From the NCBI GenBank assembly GCA_031416075.1, contig JANOSY010000017.1, forward strand, positions 64,001 through 128,000: a stretch of 64,000 nucleotides of DNA, given 5' to 3'. Below the pieces are notes generated by a model. That model saw only the letters and a list, made by a program, of their open reading frames with translations, was not told the origin of the DNA and made no database searches. The translations under genes and the position numbers were made by a program. The stretch comes from Candidatus Tenderia sp. (lineage in GTDB: Bacteria; Pseudomonadota; Gammaproteobacteria; Tenderiales; Tenderiaceae). Below, in pieces: positions 10,769 through 20,347 of the stretch (within the stretch, counting starts at the first letter, position 1; every line of letters begins with the position of its first letter).

Positions 10769-11716
10769 TTAAAAACACCGCGCCATCGCATCGGTCGCCT
10801 TCACCAGCGCTGCCGTGGTATTTGGCTCGCTGGCGGAGTGGCCAGCATCGGCAATAACGTGCAGCTCTGAGTTTGGCCAGCGCTGCTGCAGCTGCCAGGC
10901 GTTTTCAATCGGGCAGACCACGTCGTAACGACCGTGCACGATGATGCCGGGGATGTCGCGCAGTTTGTCGGCGTTGTTGAGTATCTGGTTGTCGCTCAGG
11001 AAGGTGTTGTTCATGAAGTAGTGGCACTCAATGCGTGCCAGACTCAGGGCGGTGAACGGGTCACTGAAGTGGTCCGTCACAGTTTTTGATGGCAGCAGCG
11101 TGGCGCAGCGCCCCTCCCAAATCGACCACGCCTTGGCCGCCGCCATGCGCTCCACTTCGTTGTCGCTGGTGAGCCGTTTGTAGAAAGCCGGCACCAACAT
11201 GTTGCGCTCTGCTTCGGGAATTGGTTTGAGGTAATCCTGCCAATAGTCGGGGAAGAGGCGGCTTGCCCCCTCCTGGTAGAACCAGTGGATCTCCTGCGGC
11301 CGGCAGAGAAAGATGCCGCGCAAGATCAACCCGAGCACCCGTTCGGGATGGGTCTCGGCATAGACCAGCCCCAGCGTTGAGCCCCACGAACCGCCAAATA
11401 CCACCCACTTGTCGATACTGAGTTTTGTACGGATCAACTCCATATCACTCACCAGCGCCTGGGTAGTATTGCCACTCAACTCGGCATGAGGCGATGAACG
11501 GCCACAACCGCGCTGATCAAAGAGCACGATACGATAACGTTCAGGATCAAAAAAACTGCGGTGATAAGGCTCGCAACCGGAACCGGGGCCGCCATGGAGA
11601 AAGACTACGGGTATGCCCTTGGGGTTGCCACACTCCTCTACATAGAGGCGATGCGGTGCATCAACATCAAAATGGTGGGTAACGTAGGGATTGATTGGGG
11701 GATAGAGAGCGGGCAT
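10769..11716 (-). CDS. pip: Prolyl aminopeptidase
   Basis: LHGGPGSG, FDQRGCGRS, GGSWGS, GRYDVVCP, AGHS. Confidence 0.95.
   Translation of the reverse strand: MPALYPPINPYVTHHFDVDAPHRLYVEECGNPKGIPVVFLHGGPGSGCEPYHRSFFDPERYRIVLFDQRGCGRSSPHAELSGNTTQALVSDMELIRTKLSIDKWVVFGGSWGSTLGLVYAETHPERVLGLILRGIFLCRPQEIHWFYQEGASRLFPDYWQDYLKPIPEAERNMLVPAFYKRLTSDNEVERMAAAKAWSIWEGRCATLLPSKTVTDHFSDPFTALSLARIECHYFMNNTFLSDNQILNNADKLRDIPGIIVHGRYDVVCPIENAWQLQQRWPNSELHVIADAGHSASEPNTTAALVKATDAMARCF
10778..10848. repeat. 71-bp imperfect direct repeat, copy 2 (within the pip 3' end)
   Basis: Matches 8569-8639. Confidence 0.95.
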
Positions 11717-11793
11717 CGAGTCGGTCCTTCGTGGATTTATCGAGTCCAATATACAACCCCTCCCCCGCGATTGGGAGAGGGGCGTTACTGCAG

Positions 11794-13611
11794 TTACGCG
11801 CCGGCGCGTGTAGGACGCTTGCGGCCCGCTTCGGTGAGCTGCTTTTTACGCAGACGGATGTGATTAGGGGTGACCTCAACCAGTTCGTCCTCATCGATGA
11901 ACTCCAACGCCTGCTCCAGGGTGTGGCGAGTCGGCGGTGTCAACACCTGTGCTTCATCAGTCCCTGAGGCACGCATGTTGGTGAGCTGCTTGCCCTTGAG
12001 CGGGTTAACCACCAAGTCGTTATCACGCGAGTGCAGACCGATGATCATGCCTTCATAGACCTCATCACCATGGCCGAGGAAGAGACGACCACGATCTTGC
12101 AGAGCGAAGAGCGAAAAGGTCAGTGCCTTGCCCGCACCGTTGGAGATCAATACGCCGTTACCACGGGTACCATAGGAACCCTTCTTCATCGGGCCGTAAT
12201 GATCAAAGACGCTATACAGCAATCCAGTACCCTGGGTAGCGGTCAGGAACTCTGTACGGAAGCCGATCAGGCCACGTGAAGGCATGATGTAGTCAAGACG
12301 CACACGTCCCTTGCCGTCAGGCATCATGTTCTTGAGATCGCCACCGCGTATGCCAAGCTTCTCCATTACGCTGCCCTGGTTGACCTCTTCTACGTCAACG
12401 GTCAACTGCTCGTACGGCTCCTGCTTTTCGCCATCCACTTCGCGGAAGATAACTTCCGGACGGGAGACACCCAGCTCGAACCCTTCACGACGCATGTTTT
12501 CGATCAGTACTGACAGATGCAGCTCACCACGACCGGAGACGCGGAATTTGTCTGGATCAACGGTATCTTCAACACGCAGGGCAACGTTGTGGATCAGCTC
12601 TTTATCAAGACGTTCGCGAATCTGGCGTGAGGTGACGTACTTGCCATCCTTACCGGCAAACGGTGAGTTGTTGACTTGGAAGGTCATGCTCACAGTCGGC
12701 TGGTCAACACTCAATGGCACCAGCGCTTCAACAGCGCCTGGATCACACAGGGTATCGGAGATGCGCAGCCCTTCAACACCCGTGAAGGCGACGATGTCAC
12801 CGGCACGGGCATCGGCCACTTCAATACGCTCCAGACCGAGGAAACCGAAAATCTGAAGGATACGGGCGTTGCGACGTTTACCGGCAGCATCTACTACTAC
12901 AACATTGGTATTGGTCTTGACACGACCACGGCTGATACGGCCGATCCCGATTACACCCACATAGTTGTTGTAGTCGAGCTGCGATACCTGCAACTGGAAG
13001 GGACCTTCAATATCCACCTGGGGTGGATGAACCTTATCAACGATGGTCTGCAACAGCGGTGTCATGTCGCCGCTGCGCACGGTTGGCTCCAGACCGGCAA
13101 AGCCGTTCAGGCCAGAGGCGTAAACCACCGGGAAGTCGAGCTGCTCATCGGTGGCGCCAAGGCGGTCGAAGAGTTCAAAGGTCTGATCCAAGGCCCAATC
13201 GGCACGGGCGCTGTCACGGTCAACCTTGTTGATGACCACAATCGGCTTCAGGCCACGGGCCAGCGCCTTCTGGGTCACAAAACGGGTCTGCGGCATCGGG
13301 CCGTCAACGGCATCCACCAGCAGCAGCACCGAATCAACCATAGAGAGTACACGTTCCACTTCGCCGCCAAAGTCGGCGTGGCCGGGGGTATCCACGATGT
13401 TGATGTGATACTCGCCCCAGTTGATGGCGGTGTTTTTAGCCAGGATAGTAATACCGCGTTCGCGCTCCTGGTCGTTGGAGTCCATGGCGCGCTCAGCCAA
13501 CTGCACCCGCTCGCCGAGGGTGTTGGACTGCTTGAGCAATTGGTCAACCAAAGTAGTCTTACCATGGTCAACGTGAGCAATGATGGCGATATTACGGAGA
13601 TTCTCGATCAC
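11794..13611 (-). CDS. typA: Translational GTPase TypA/BipA
   Basis: [24 protein letters not shown]-terminal EVTP..IRLRK; GTG start at 13611. Confidence 0.97.
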   Translation of the reverse strand: MIENLRNIAIIAHVDHGKTTLVDQLLKQSNTLGERVQLAERAMDSNDQERERGITILAKNTAINWGEYHINIVDTPGHADFGGEVERVLSMVDSVLLLVDAVDGPMPQTRFVTQKALARGLKPIVVINKVDRDSARADWALDQTFELFDRLGATDEQLDFPVVYASGLNGFAGLEPTVRSGDMTPLLQTIVDKVHPPQVDIEGPFQLQVSQLDYNNYVGVIGIGRISRGRVKTNTNVVVVDAAGKRRNARILQIFGFLGLERIEVADARAGDIVAFTGVEGLRISDTLCDPGAVEALVPLSVDQPTVSMTFQVNNSPFAGKDGKYVTSRQIRERLDKELIHNVALRVEDTVDPDKFRVSGRGELHLSVLIENMRREGFELGVSRPEVIFREVDGEKQEPYEQLTVDVEEVNQGSVMEKLGIRGGDLKNMMPDGKGRVRLDYIMPSRGLIGFRTEFLTATQGTGLLYSVFDHYGPMKKGSYGTRGNGVLISNGAGKALTFSLFALQDRGRLFLGHGDEVYEGMIIGLHSRDNDLVVNPLKGKQLTNMRASGTDEAQVLTPPTRHTLEQALEFIDEDELVEVTPNHIRLRKKQLTEAGRKRPTRAGA

Positions 13612-13709
13612 GACGGGAGGCCTCAAAAATGGAAGTGCAGAATTTAAAGACGGCGGATTATATCCCAAATCGAGTAAAAAAGCCGCAACAACCGCAACGG
13701 CTCAAGTTT

Positions 13710-13919
13710 CTATTCGTCTCGTCGCTGCTGGTAGCTGTCGTAGGCTTCACGCTCAGGGCAGTGTTGCCCCGGTGTTTTTTGGCACTCCAGCTGCTGCCTG
13801 GTTTGCAAAGATTCATAGGTCAATCGTCTGCCCCCCTCACTGCACCCCTGCATCAGGCACAACATCACCACACCTATTAGTGTGTAAACCACCCGCTTAA
13901 CCCCGCCTGCTGTCATCAA
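13710..13919 (-). CDS. Small putative lipoprotein
   Basis: Hydrophobic stretch plus MQGC lipobox-like motif, two further Cys; start uncertain. Confidence 0.55.
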   Translation of the reverse strand: MMTAGGVKRVVYTLIGVVMLCLMQGCSEGGRRLTYESLQTRQQLECQKTPGQHCPEREAYDSYQQRRDE

Positions 13920-13998
13920 AGCTTAATCCTCCTGACCCCAAACCGTAAGATTCCCGCCTCAAGATAGCACCTCCAAACAGAGCAACAAGGAGAACAAC

Positions 13999-14193
13999 AT
14001 GGAATTTTACATTAAAGAGTGGACCGACAAGAGCGCCTCACTGATCACCCGTGATGGCTACCGCCTCTGGACCTTTGCCAGCGTTGACTCGGCCCTGACC
14101 GCCTGCCGCGACTGGTACCGTGTCTCTGAAGAGCGTGTTATCCCCAGCTTTGATGAAGGCGCCAGCAACCAGACCCTGGCCTGCTCTGTCTGA
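13999..14193 (+). CDS. Small hypothetical protein
   Basis: Strong AAGGAG RBS, 64-aa ORF with host-like codon usage. Confidence 0.65.
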   Translation: MEFYIKEWTDKSASLITRDGYRLWTFASVDSALTACRDWYRVSEERVIPSFDEGASNQTLACSV

Positions 14194-14222
14194 GCACCCT
14201 CCCACATAGGCACAGAATGGAG

Positions 14223-15467
14223 CTACGGCGCCAACTGGGCCAGCCGTTGCTCAAAGTGACTCCGCAGCTGGTGGTAATTATCCATATCAGGAAACGCACG
14301 GCATAACGCCGCCGCAATCCGCAGCCCCTCGTCGTAGGCGTTGCGCGCCGCCTGCCACTGCCCCAGCGCCTCGGCCACGCCGCCCACTTTGTCGAGCGAG
14401 ACCGAGAGGTCGCGCAGCGCCTCGGGGGTCTCGCCCACGGCGGCCCGCACATCACGACTGATCTGGAGGCCCTCCTCATAGGCCTGAGCCGCCGCCTCCC
14501 ACCGCCCCAGCGCCTCGGCCACACGGCCCACGTTGTTGAGGGAGATGGAGAGGTCGCGCAGCGCCTCAGGGGTCTCGCCCACCGCGGCCCGCACATCACG
14601 TCTGATCTGGAGACTCTCCTCATAGACCTGAGCCGCCGCCTGCCACCGCCCCAGCGCCTGGGCCACACGGCCCACATTGTCGAGGGAGATGGAGAGGTCG
14701 CGCAGCGCCTCGGGGGTCTCGCCCACGGCGGCCCGCAGGGCGCGGGCGATGGACAAGCTGGCCTCTGCAATCTGCCCCGCCTTGGCATAACGCCCCCGGC
14801 GCAGACAGGCGGCGAGGGCCGCATCCCCCGCCAGCAGCACACCACGTTCCATCCCCCCTTTGGCAGAGGCCCGCTCCCACTCGGCAAGCTGGCTCTGTTC
14901 ATATTCGGTGAACGGAAACTCAGCCATCGCTGCCAGATCTGCGGGCGGTTCCTGCTCTGGGACAGTGGTGGCAGTGGTTGCCAATAACTCCGCTGAGCTA
15001 TCCAGACTAAGGTCGCGGATCGCCCAGAGATCGGGCACCAGCGCCTTGACCTGTTCCCGCTCGCTGGCGGGCAGTATCAAAATCAGGGGACGACTGAGGG
15101 TACGGCGCAGCTTTTCACGCTGTTCGTTGAGGCGCGCCAGAAAATTCAATCGCGCCGCCTGCCACTCATCACCGCTGTAAAGGCTGAGGTCGAGCCAGTG
15201 GGGGGCATCGGCATAAGAGTCGGGGCTCAACAACCGGGGCAGCACCTCGCTGGCCAGGGCGGCGGGGGCTTGAACTTCAAGAGAGCGCAACTGGGTAACC
15301 CTCATGCGGTAGATCTCCGCCAGCCGTCCACGAAAGATCTCCGTCACCCGTGGATCGGCATTGAAGATGAAGACAAGGGCGAAGTGGTCGGACCACTGGA
15401 GATGTTGCTTGAATCTCCGCCAGAGCTGCTCGCCGTCGTGGTTAAGAGCTGGTATTGCTGGCTGCAT
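14223..15467 (-). CDS. TPR-repeat protein with an N-terminal alpha/beta (possibly inactive NTPase-like) domain
   Basis: LNEQRE...LILIL...PDLW N-terminal region; three 48-aa TPR-like repeats; start overlaps the ATPase 3' end. Confidence 0.8.
   Translation of the reverse strand: MQPAIPALNHDGEQLWRRFKQHLQWSDHFALVFIFNADPRVTEIFRGRLAEIYRMRVTQLRSLEVQAPAALASEVLPRLLSPDSYADAPHWLDLSLYSGDEWQAARLNFLARLNEQREKLRRTLSRPLILILPASEREQVKALVPDLWAIRDLSLDSSAELLATTATTVPEQEPPADLAAMAEFPFTEYEQSQLAEWERASAKGGMERGVLLAGDAALAACLRRGRYAKAGQIAEASLSIARALRAAVGETPEALRDLSISLDNVGRVAQALGRWQAAAQVYEESLQIRRDVRAAVGETPEALRDLSISLNNVGRVAEALGRWEAAAQAYEEGLQISRDVRAAVGETPEALRDLSVSLDKVGGVAEALGQWQAARNAYDEGLRIAAALCRAFPDMDNYHQLRSHFEQRLAQLAP
14320..14745. 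repeat. Three 144-bp intragenic tandem repeats
   Basis: GAGAGGTCGCGCAGCGCCTC recurs at 14404, 14548 and 14692. Confidence 0.9.
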
Positions 15468-16788
15468 CGTCGACCGGGGTGGCTGGTATTGGTGGATATT
15501 GGCCGATCTCTTGCTCCAGCAATGGGTGGATGTCGTACCAGGGTTTGCCGTTGAGATAGTTCATGATGAGATTGGAGTCGAGAAAACGGGCCAGACGCGG
15601 CAGCTCGGCTACACTCTCCAGGGCTGTGTCCTTACAACGATGTATCTCCGCCAGCCAGCGGCCATCGTCCTTTGCTATGGGCAGCAGGCCACGCCGAATT
15701 TCGGACTCGGCATTTTCCAGCGTGACGTCTGTCACCAGGCGGTCAGCAGCGAGCATACAGGTGACCAGACACTCCCGGATGAGCCGGAAGAAATCCCTGA
15801 CATCACCGCCGGACGCTGCCGCCAGCCGGTCCAGCTGCTCTTTGGAAAAGACCTGCCCCCACCCGGCATAACGCCTGGCGATAATCTCGCGCATGATTTG
15901 CAGCCCCTGCTCATCCGGGAGACCATCGGCACAGCGCACATGGATGTTGGGCCAGGAGGTAACCGTATCACCGCCCATATTTCGCGCTGTGTTGGGCATC
16001 AGCGGAGTTAGGAATGGGGGGATGGTATAGACCAGATGGAGCAGATCAAAACGGAGGTTGGGTGCATGGCCGGAGAATAGGTTGACGATGCTGTTGTGCA
16101 CATCTGACGCTTCGGTGCCTACCCCGCGAATCTGTTCCATCGAGTCGACCAGTAAAACCACCTTTTTGTCGGGATCCCCGGCGCGCTTGCGTATCGCTTC
16201 AACCAGTTTAACCACATAGGCCCGCGCATCTTTTACGAGGGTGGTGACATGCCCTTTCAATGCATCCTGAAGCTGCTGTTTGAATGTCGGCTCGGTCTTG
16301 AGCTGGAGCGCCAAAGAGACGGGATCGGTGCCAACATTCAAACCATCAAGTTTTACCTCGGAGTTGAGAAACTGGACCAGCTGTTGCCAGTACTCGGCAA
16401 CAATCCCCCCAAACCCCTCATTTTCCCCTTCCGCCACCAGTGCCACCATGAGGGAGAGGATAAAATCACTGATATCCAGTGGTTTGGTCATGAGCACATA
16501 TTGAGTCATGTCCACCAGCACCACATGACAACCATCCTGTTCCAGCAACCCCTTCAACCGCTTGAGCTGTGTGCTCTTGCCATTGCCGCGAAAACCGGTC
16601 AGCAGGTTCACACTCTGCGACTCCGCCAGTTTGATGCTTATCTGCAACCGTCCGATGGGGTCTTTTTCCGGACACGTCTCGAAGATGGGTACGTAGTAAG
16701 AATCGTCAGGCTCCAGCGGCAGCGCGCCTGCCCCATTCAGGGTTTTATAAAACTTTTCCAGTTAACTGGCAGCGTGTTGTTGTTTCAT
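15442..16788 (-). pseudogene. P-loop AAA/STAND-like ATPase with an in-frame TAA at codon 9 (may reinitiate downstream)
   Basis: Walker A GFRGNGKST, Walker B VLLVDSME, GGDVRD, WYDIHPL; ATG at 16788 is in frame, TAA at 16764-16762, followed by in-frame LEPDDSYYVP. Confidence 0.7.
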
Positions 16789-16908
16789 GGCATTGTCGAC
16801 TTGCACCTATGAGAATGTGGATAACATTAAACAAGAGTAGGGATATATAAGTAAAAAACAGATCGTACGCCAGTTATTTCACACTGGCGACCAATGCTGA
16901 GCAATCCA

Positions 16909-17925
16909 TCACTTCACCGCCTGCAATGAGGCGAGCGGCCAGCGCGCCCGCGCCTGAATAACCAATCCCTCACTCTGCCCCGCCATCAGCCGGGCACACC
17001 CCGCATAGGCGATCATGGCACCGTTATCGGTACAAAATTCGGCACGTGGATAGTAAAGCTTGGTGCCACGCTCCGCCGCCAACTCCCCCAATCGCTGGCG
17101 CAGACGCCGATTAGCGCTAACGCCGCCGGCCAATACCAACCGTTTCAAACCGGTCTGCTCCAAAGCACGACGGCACTTGATGGCCATGGTCTCCGCCACC
17201 GCCACTTCGAAGGCGAGGGCGATGTCGGCCTTGCTCTGATCATCCCCTGCTGATCCCGCCAAGGTATTTACCGCAAAGGTCTTAAGACCGCTAAAACTGA
17301 ATTCCAGCCCTGGCCGGTTGGTCATTGGGCGGGGAAAGCGGAATCGCCCCGGTGTGCCCTGCTCGGCGATTTTGGCGATGGCCGGGCCGCCCGGATACCC
17401 CAAACCCAACAGCTTGGCGGTCTTGTCGAAGGCCTCACCGGCGGCATCGTCGAGCGTCTCACCCAGTAACTGATACTGGCCGATGCCATCAACCCGCACC
17501 AACATGGTGTGACCACCCGAGGCCAACAGGGCCACAAAGGGGAACTCAGGGATATCCTCTTCCAGCATGGGTGCCAGCAGGTGCCCCTCCATGTGGTGCA
17601 CGGCGACGGCGGGGATATCGAGCGCCCAGGCCAGGCTGCGACCAATGCCCGCCCCCACCAGTAGCGCACCGATCAGACCGGGGCCGGAGGTGTAGGCGAT
17701 GCCATCAAGGTCGGCCAGGGTCAGCCCCGAGTCAGCCAGCAGCTGTTTGATCAGCGGCACGGTCTTACGCACATGGTCGCGGGAGGCCAGCTCCGGCACG
17801 ACGCCGCCATACTCGAGATGCAACTCGATCTGACTGTAGAGGGTATGTGCCTCCAGGCCGCGCTTACTGTCGTAAATGGCGACGCCGGTCTCGTCACATG
17901 AACTCTCGATTCCCAATACACGCAT
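16909..17925 (-). CDS. tsaD: tRNA N6-adenosine threonylcarbamoyltransferase
   Basis: [46 protein letters not shown]. Confidence 0.97.
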   Translation of the reverse strand: MRVLGIESSCDETGVAIYDSKRGLEAHTLYSQIELHLEYGGVVPELASRDHVRKTVPLIKQLLADSGLTLADLDGIAYTSGPGLIGALLVGAGIGRSLAWALDIPAVAVHHMEGHLLAPMLEEDIPEFPFVALLASGGHTMLVRVDGIGQYQLLGETLDDAAGEAFDKTAKLLGLGYPGGPAIAKIAEQGTPGRFRFPRPMTNRPGLEFSFSGLKTFAVNTLAGSAGDDQSKADIALAFEVAVAETMAIKCRRALEQTGLKRLVLAGGVSANRRLRQRLGELAAERGTKLYYPRAEFCTDNGAMIAYAGCARLMAGQSEGLVIQARARWPLASLQAVK

Positions 17926-18073
17926 GGCTCTGCCTTCAATGATTTTGGCCATTTTATCAGCGCCGCCCCCTTTTATCCCGCCAATTGATTGCGGGCGCTA
18001 AACTATGGCGATTAGGGATCGTTAAGCTATACTGCGCGGCTATTGCCTGAAAAACGGGATTTAAAACAAGATC

Positions 18074-19462
18074 ATGATCCGAGTCAGCGGTTTAACCAAA
18101 ATTTTCGCCACCGGCACCAAGGCCATCGATGATCTTTCGCTGGAGGTAAAACAGGGCGAGATTCTTGCCTTGCTCGGCCCCAACGGGGCGGGTAAAACCA
18201 CCACCATTCGGGTGTTATCGACCCTGAGCGGGTTTGACGAGGGCAGTGTCACGGTGGCGGGGCACGATGTTGATGTTGACCCGGAGGCAGTGCGCTGCGC
18301 CATTGGCTTGGTAGCACAACAGACCGGGGTTGATTACTTTCTGACCGGCCGCGAAAACCTGATAACTCAGGGTCACCTCTACCGCATGGGCAAGGCCGAG
18401 ATCGAAAAACGGATTGAGGAGCTGGCCAGCTATTTTGGCCTGACTGACGCCCTTGACCGGTTGGTGACCACCTACTCTGGCGGTATGCGCCGCAAACTCG
18501 ATATCGCCACGGCGCTGATCCACAACCCCACGCTCCTGTTTCTCGATGAGCCGACCCTGGGGCTGGATATCAAGAGCCGCCAGAGCCTCTGGCAGTACAT
18601 CAACAAACTCAACCGTGAGCAGGGGCTGACCATTCTGCTCACCACCCACTATCTGGAAGAGGCGGACCATCTCAGCCATCGGGTCGCCATCATCAGCCAG
18701 GGCAAGATCCAGGTGATCGATACCCCTCAGGCACTTAAAAACAGCATTCATGGGGATGCCGTGATGCTCACCTTTGCGGATCAGGGGCCCAACGTCGGTG
18801 ATTTCACCTTCGCCATGCACGAAGACCCCACGGTCCAGAATGTGGTGTGGCAGAACGACAATCTCTATGTCTATGTGGACAACGGTGGCGAAGCGGTGCC
18901 CCGTTTTGTGCGATTGGCCGAAGAGAAGGGACTGACCATCAAGTCACTGTCACTCGCCCACCCAACCCTGGATGACGTCTTCCTCAAATATACCGGCACC
19001 ACTCTGGAAGAGACCAAGGAGGAAGAGGGTGAGGAGTGGTGGCACCAGTGGGCCGGCAAAGGTGGCGGCGGCGGTGGCAAATGGCAGAAAAACTGGGAGA
19101 AGTGGCAGGGTCAGCTCGAAGAGAGTGGCTCTGATGAGGATAAGGCCGGTTGGCAGGCGCAGATGCAGAAGTGGCAAGGCGATGATGCAACCGCTGCGGT
19201 ACCTACAGCTACAATCACTCCCGTCGCCACATCAGTGACTCCAACACCGGCACAGCCAGAGGCAGCCCCAGCCAAACCGGGCGACTGGCAACAGTGGCAA
19301 CAGCAAGCCAATGCCAGCGGCACCCCTGTCGAAACACCTGAACACTATCGCGAAGAGGCGCTGAAACGGCGCGGCAACTGGCAGGCCGACGGCAAAGGCA
19401 TCCCTGAGCAGGGCGACTGGCTGGGCGGTCAGAACGCTGACAAAACCGATAACAATAAGTAG
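18074..19462 (+). CDS. DrrA-type ABC transporter ATP-binding protein with a ~150-aa Trp/Gln/Gly-rich C-terminal tail
   Basis: GPNGAGKTT, YSGGM, LFLDEPT, TTHY, PTLDDVFLKYTG, then a low-complexity tail. Confidence 0.9.
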   Translation: MIRVSGLTKIFATGTKAIDDLSLEVKQGEILALLGPNGAGKTTTIRVLSTLSGFDEGSVTVAGHDVDVDPEAVRCAIGLVAQQTGVDYFLTGRENLITQGHLYRMGKAEIEKRIEELASYFGLTDALDRLVTTYSGGMRRKLDIATALIHNPTLLFLDEPTLGLDIKSRQSLWQYINKLNREQGLTILLTTHYLEEADHLSHRVAIISQGKIQVIDTPQALKNSIHGDAVMLTFADQGPNVGDFTFAMHEDPTVQNVVWQNDNLYVYVDNGGEAVPRFVRLAEEKGLTIKSLSLAHPTLDDVFLKYTGTTLEETKEEEGEEWWHQWAGKGGGGGGKWQKNWEKWQGQLEESGSDEDKAGWQAQMQKWQGDDATAAVPTATITPVATSVTPTPAQPEAAPAKPGDWQQWQQQANASGTPVETPEHYREEALKRRGNWQADGKGIPEQGDWLGGQNADKTDNNK

Positions 19463-19516
19463 CGCCTGGCCCCATGCCACCGCACCCCTCACACCGCATA
19501 ATCGAGAGAGAAAACT

Positions 19517-20284
19517 GTGTTAGCTGATACCTGGTACCTGTTTCTTAAATACACCAAGATCACCATGCGTATGCCGCTCTGGACGCTTTTTACGCTGATC
19601 CAACCCCTGTTATGGCTGCTGATCTTCACCCAGCTGTTCAAAAACTTTGTGCAGGCACCGGCACCCGGCTCTGGCGGCGGCAGCTACATCGACTTTTTTG
19701 TGCCAGGGGTATTGATCATGACGGCGCTGTTTGGCTCCTCCTGGTCAGGGGTCAGTCTACTGCGTGAGATCACCGCGGGCACCGTTGACAAGATGTTGGT
19801 CTCCCCCGTCTCGCGTGTTGCGATTGTCCTGAGCCGCGTCATGCACTCAGCAGTACAGGTGGTGATTCAGACGCTGATCATTCTGCTGGTGGCCTGGGCC
19901 ATCGGCGCCAATCTCAACCTTGGACCGGTCAATCTGTTTCTGGGAATGTTGAGCATATTCCTGCTTGGTGTGGGCCTTGCTGCACTCTCTAACGGCTTTG
20001 CCATCACCCTGCAACGTGAAGAGCCGCTGGTGATGATCGGCAACCTGATGACCCTGCCGCTGATGTTCCTCTCCACCGCCATGGTGCCCAAGCCCTTTAT
20101 GCCCGGCTGGATCGAGACCATATCACTCATCAATCCAATCACTTATGCGGTGGAGTCAGTGCGCGCCGTGATGATTGGCACCCCGGATTATCAGGCCTAC
20201 GGCTTTGGTCTGCTGATCATGGCCGTATTTGCCGGAGTATCCCTATCCTGGGCAGTCAGCGCCTTTAACGGATTGCGTGACTAA
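19517..20284 (+). CDS. ABC-2 (DrrB-type) permease
   Basis: About six hydrophobic segments; YIDFFVPG, NPITYAVE. Confidence 0.9.
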   Translation: MLADTWYLFLKYTKITMRMPLWTLFTLIQPLLWLLIFTQLFKNFVQAPAPGSGGGSYIDFFVPGVLIMTALFGSSWSGVSLLREITAGTVDKMLVSPVSRVAIVLSRVMHSAVQVVIQTLIILLVAWAIGANLNLGPVNLFLGMLSIFLLGVGLAALSNGFAITLQREEPLVMIGNLMTLPLMFLSTAMVPKPFMPGWIETISLINPITYAVESVRAVMIGTPDYQAYGFGLLIMAVFAGVSLSWAVSAFNGLRD

Positions 20285-20347
20285 TACAGACTCGATGATG
20301 AGGGGCCGGAAGCACCTGCCCCCTCCCTATCACCAGAACAGTCCGTA

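Noticed and set aside
12676-13647. 323-aa plus-strand ORF
   Set aside because: Antisense shadow of typA; no recognisable motifs.
14138-14902. 254-aa Arg/Pro-rich repetitive ORF
   Set aside because: Alternative frame of the 144-bp TPR repeats.
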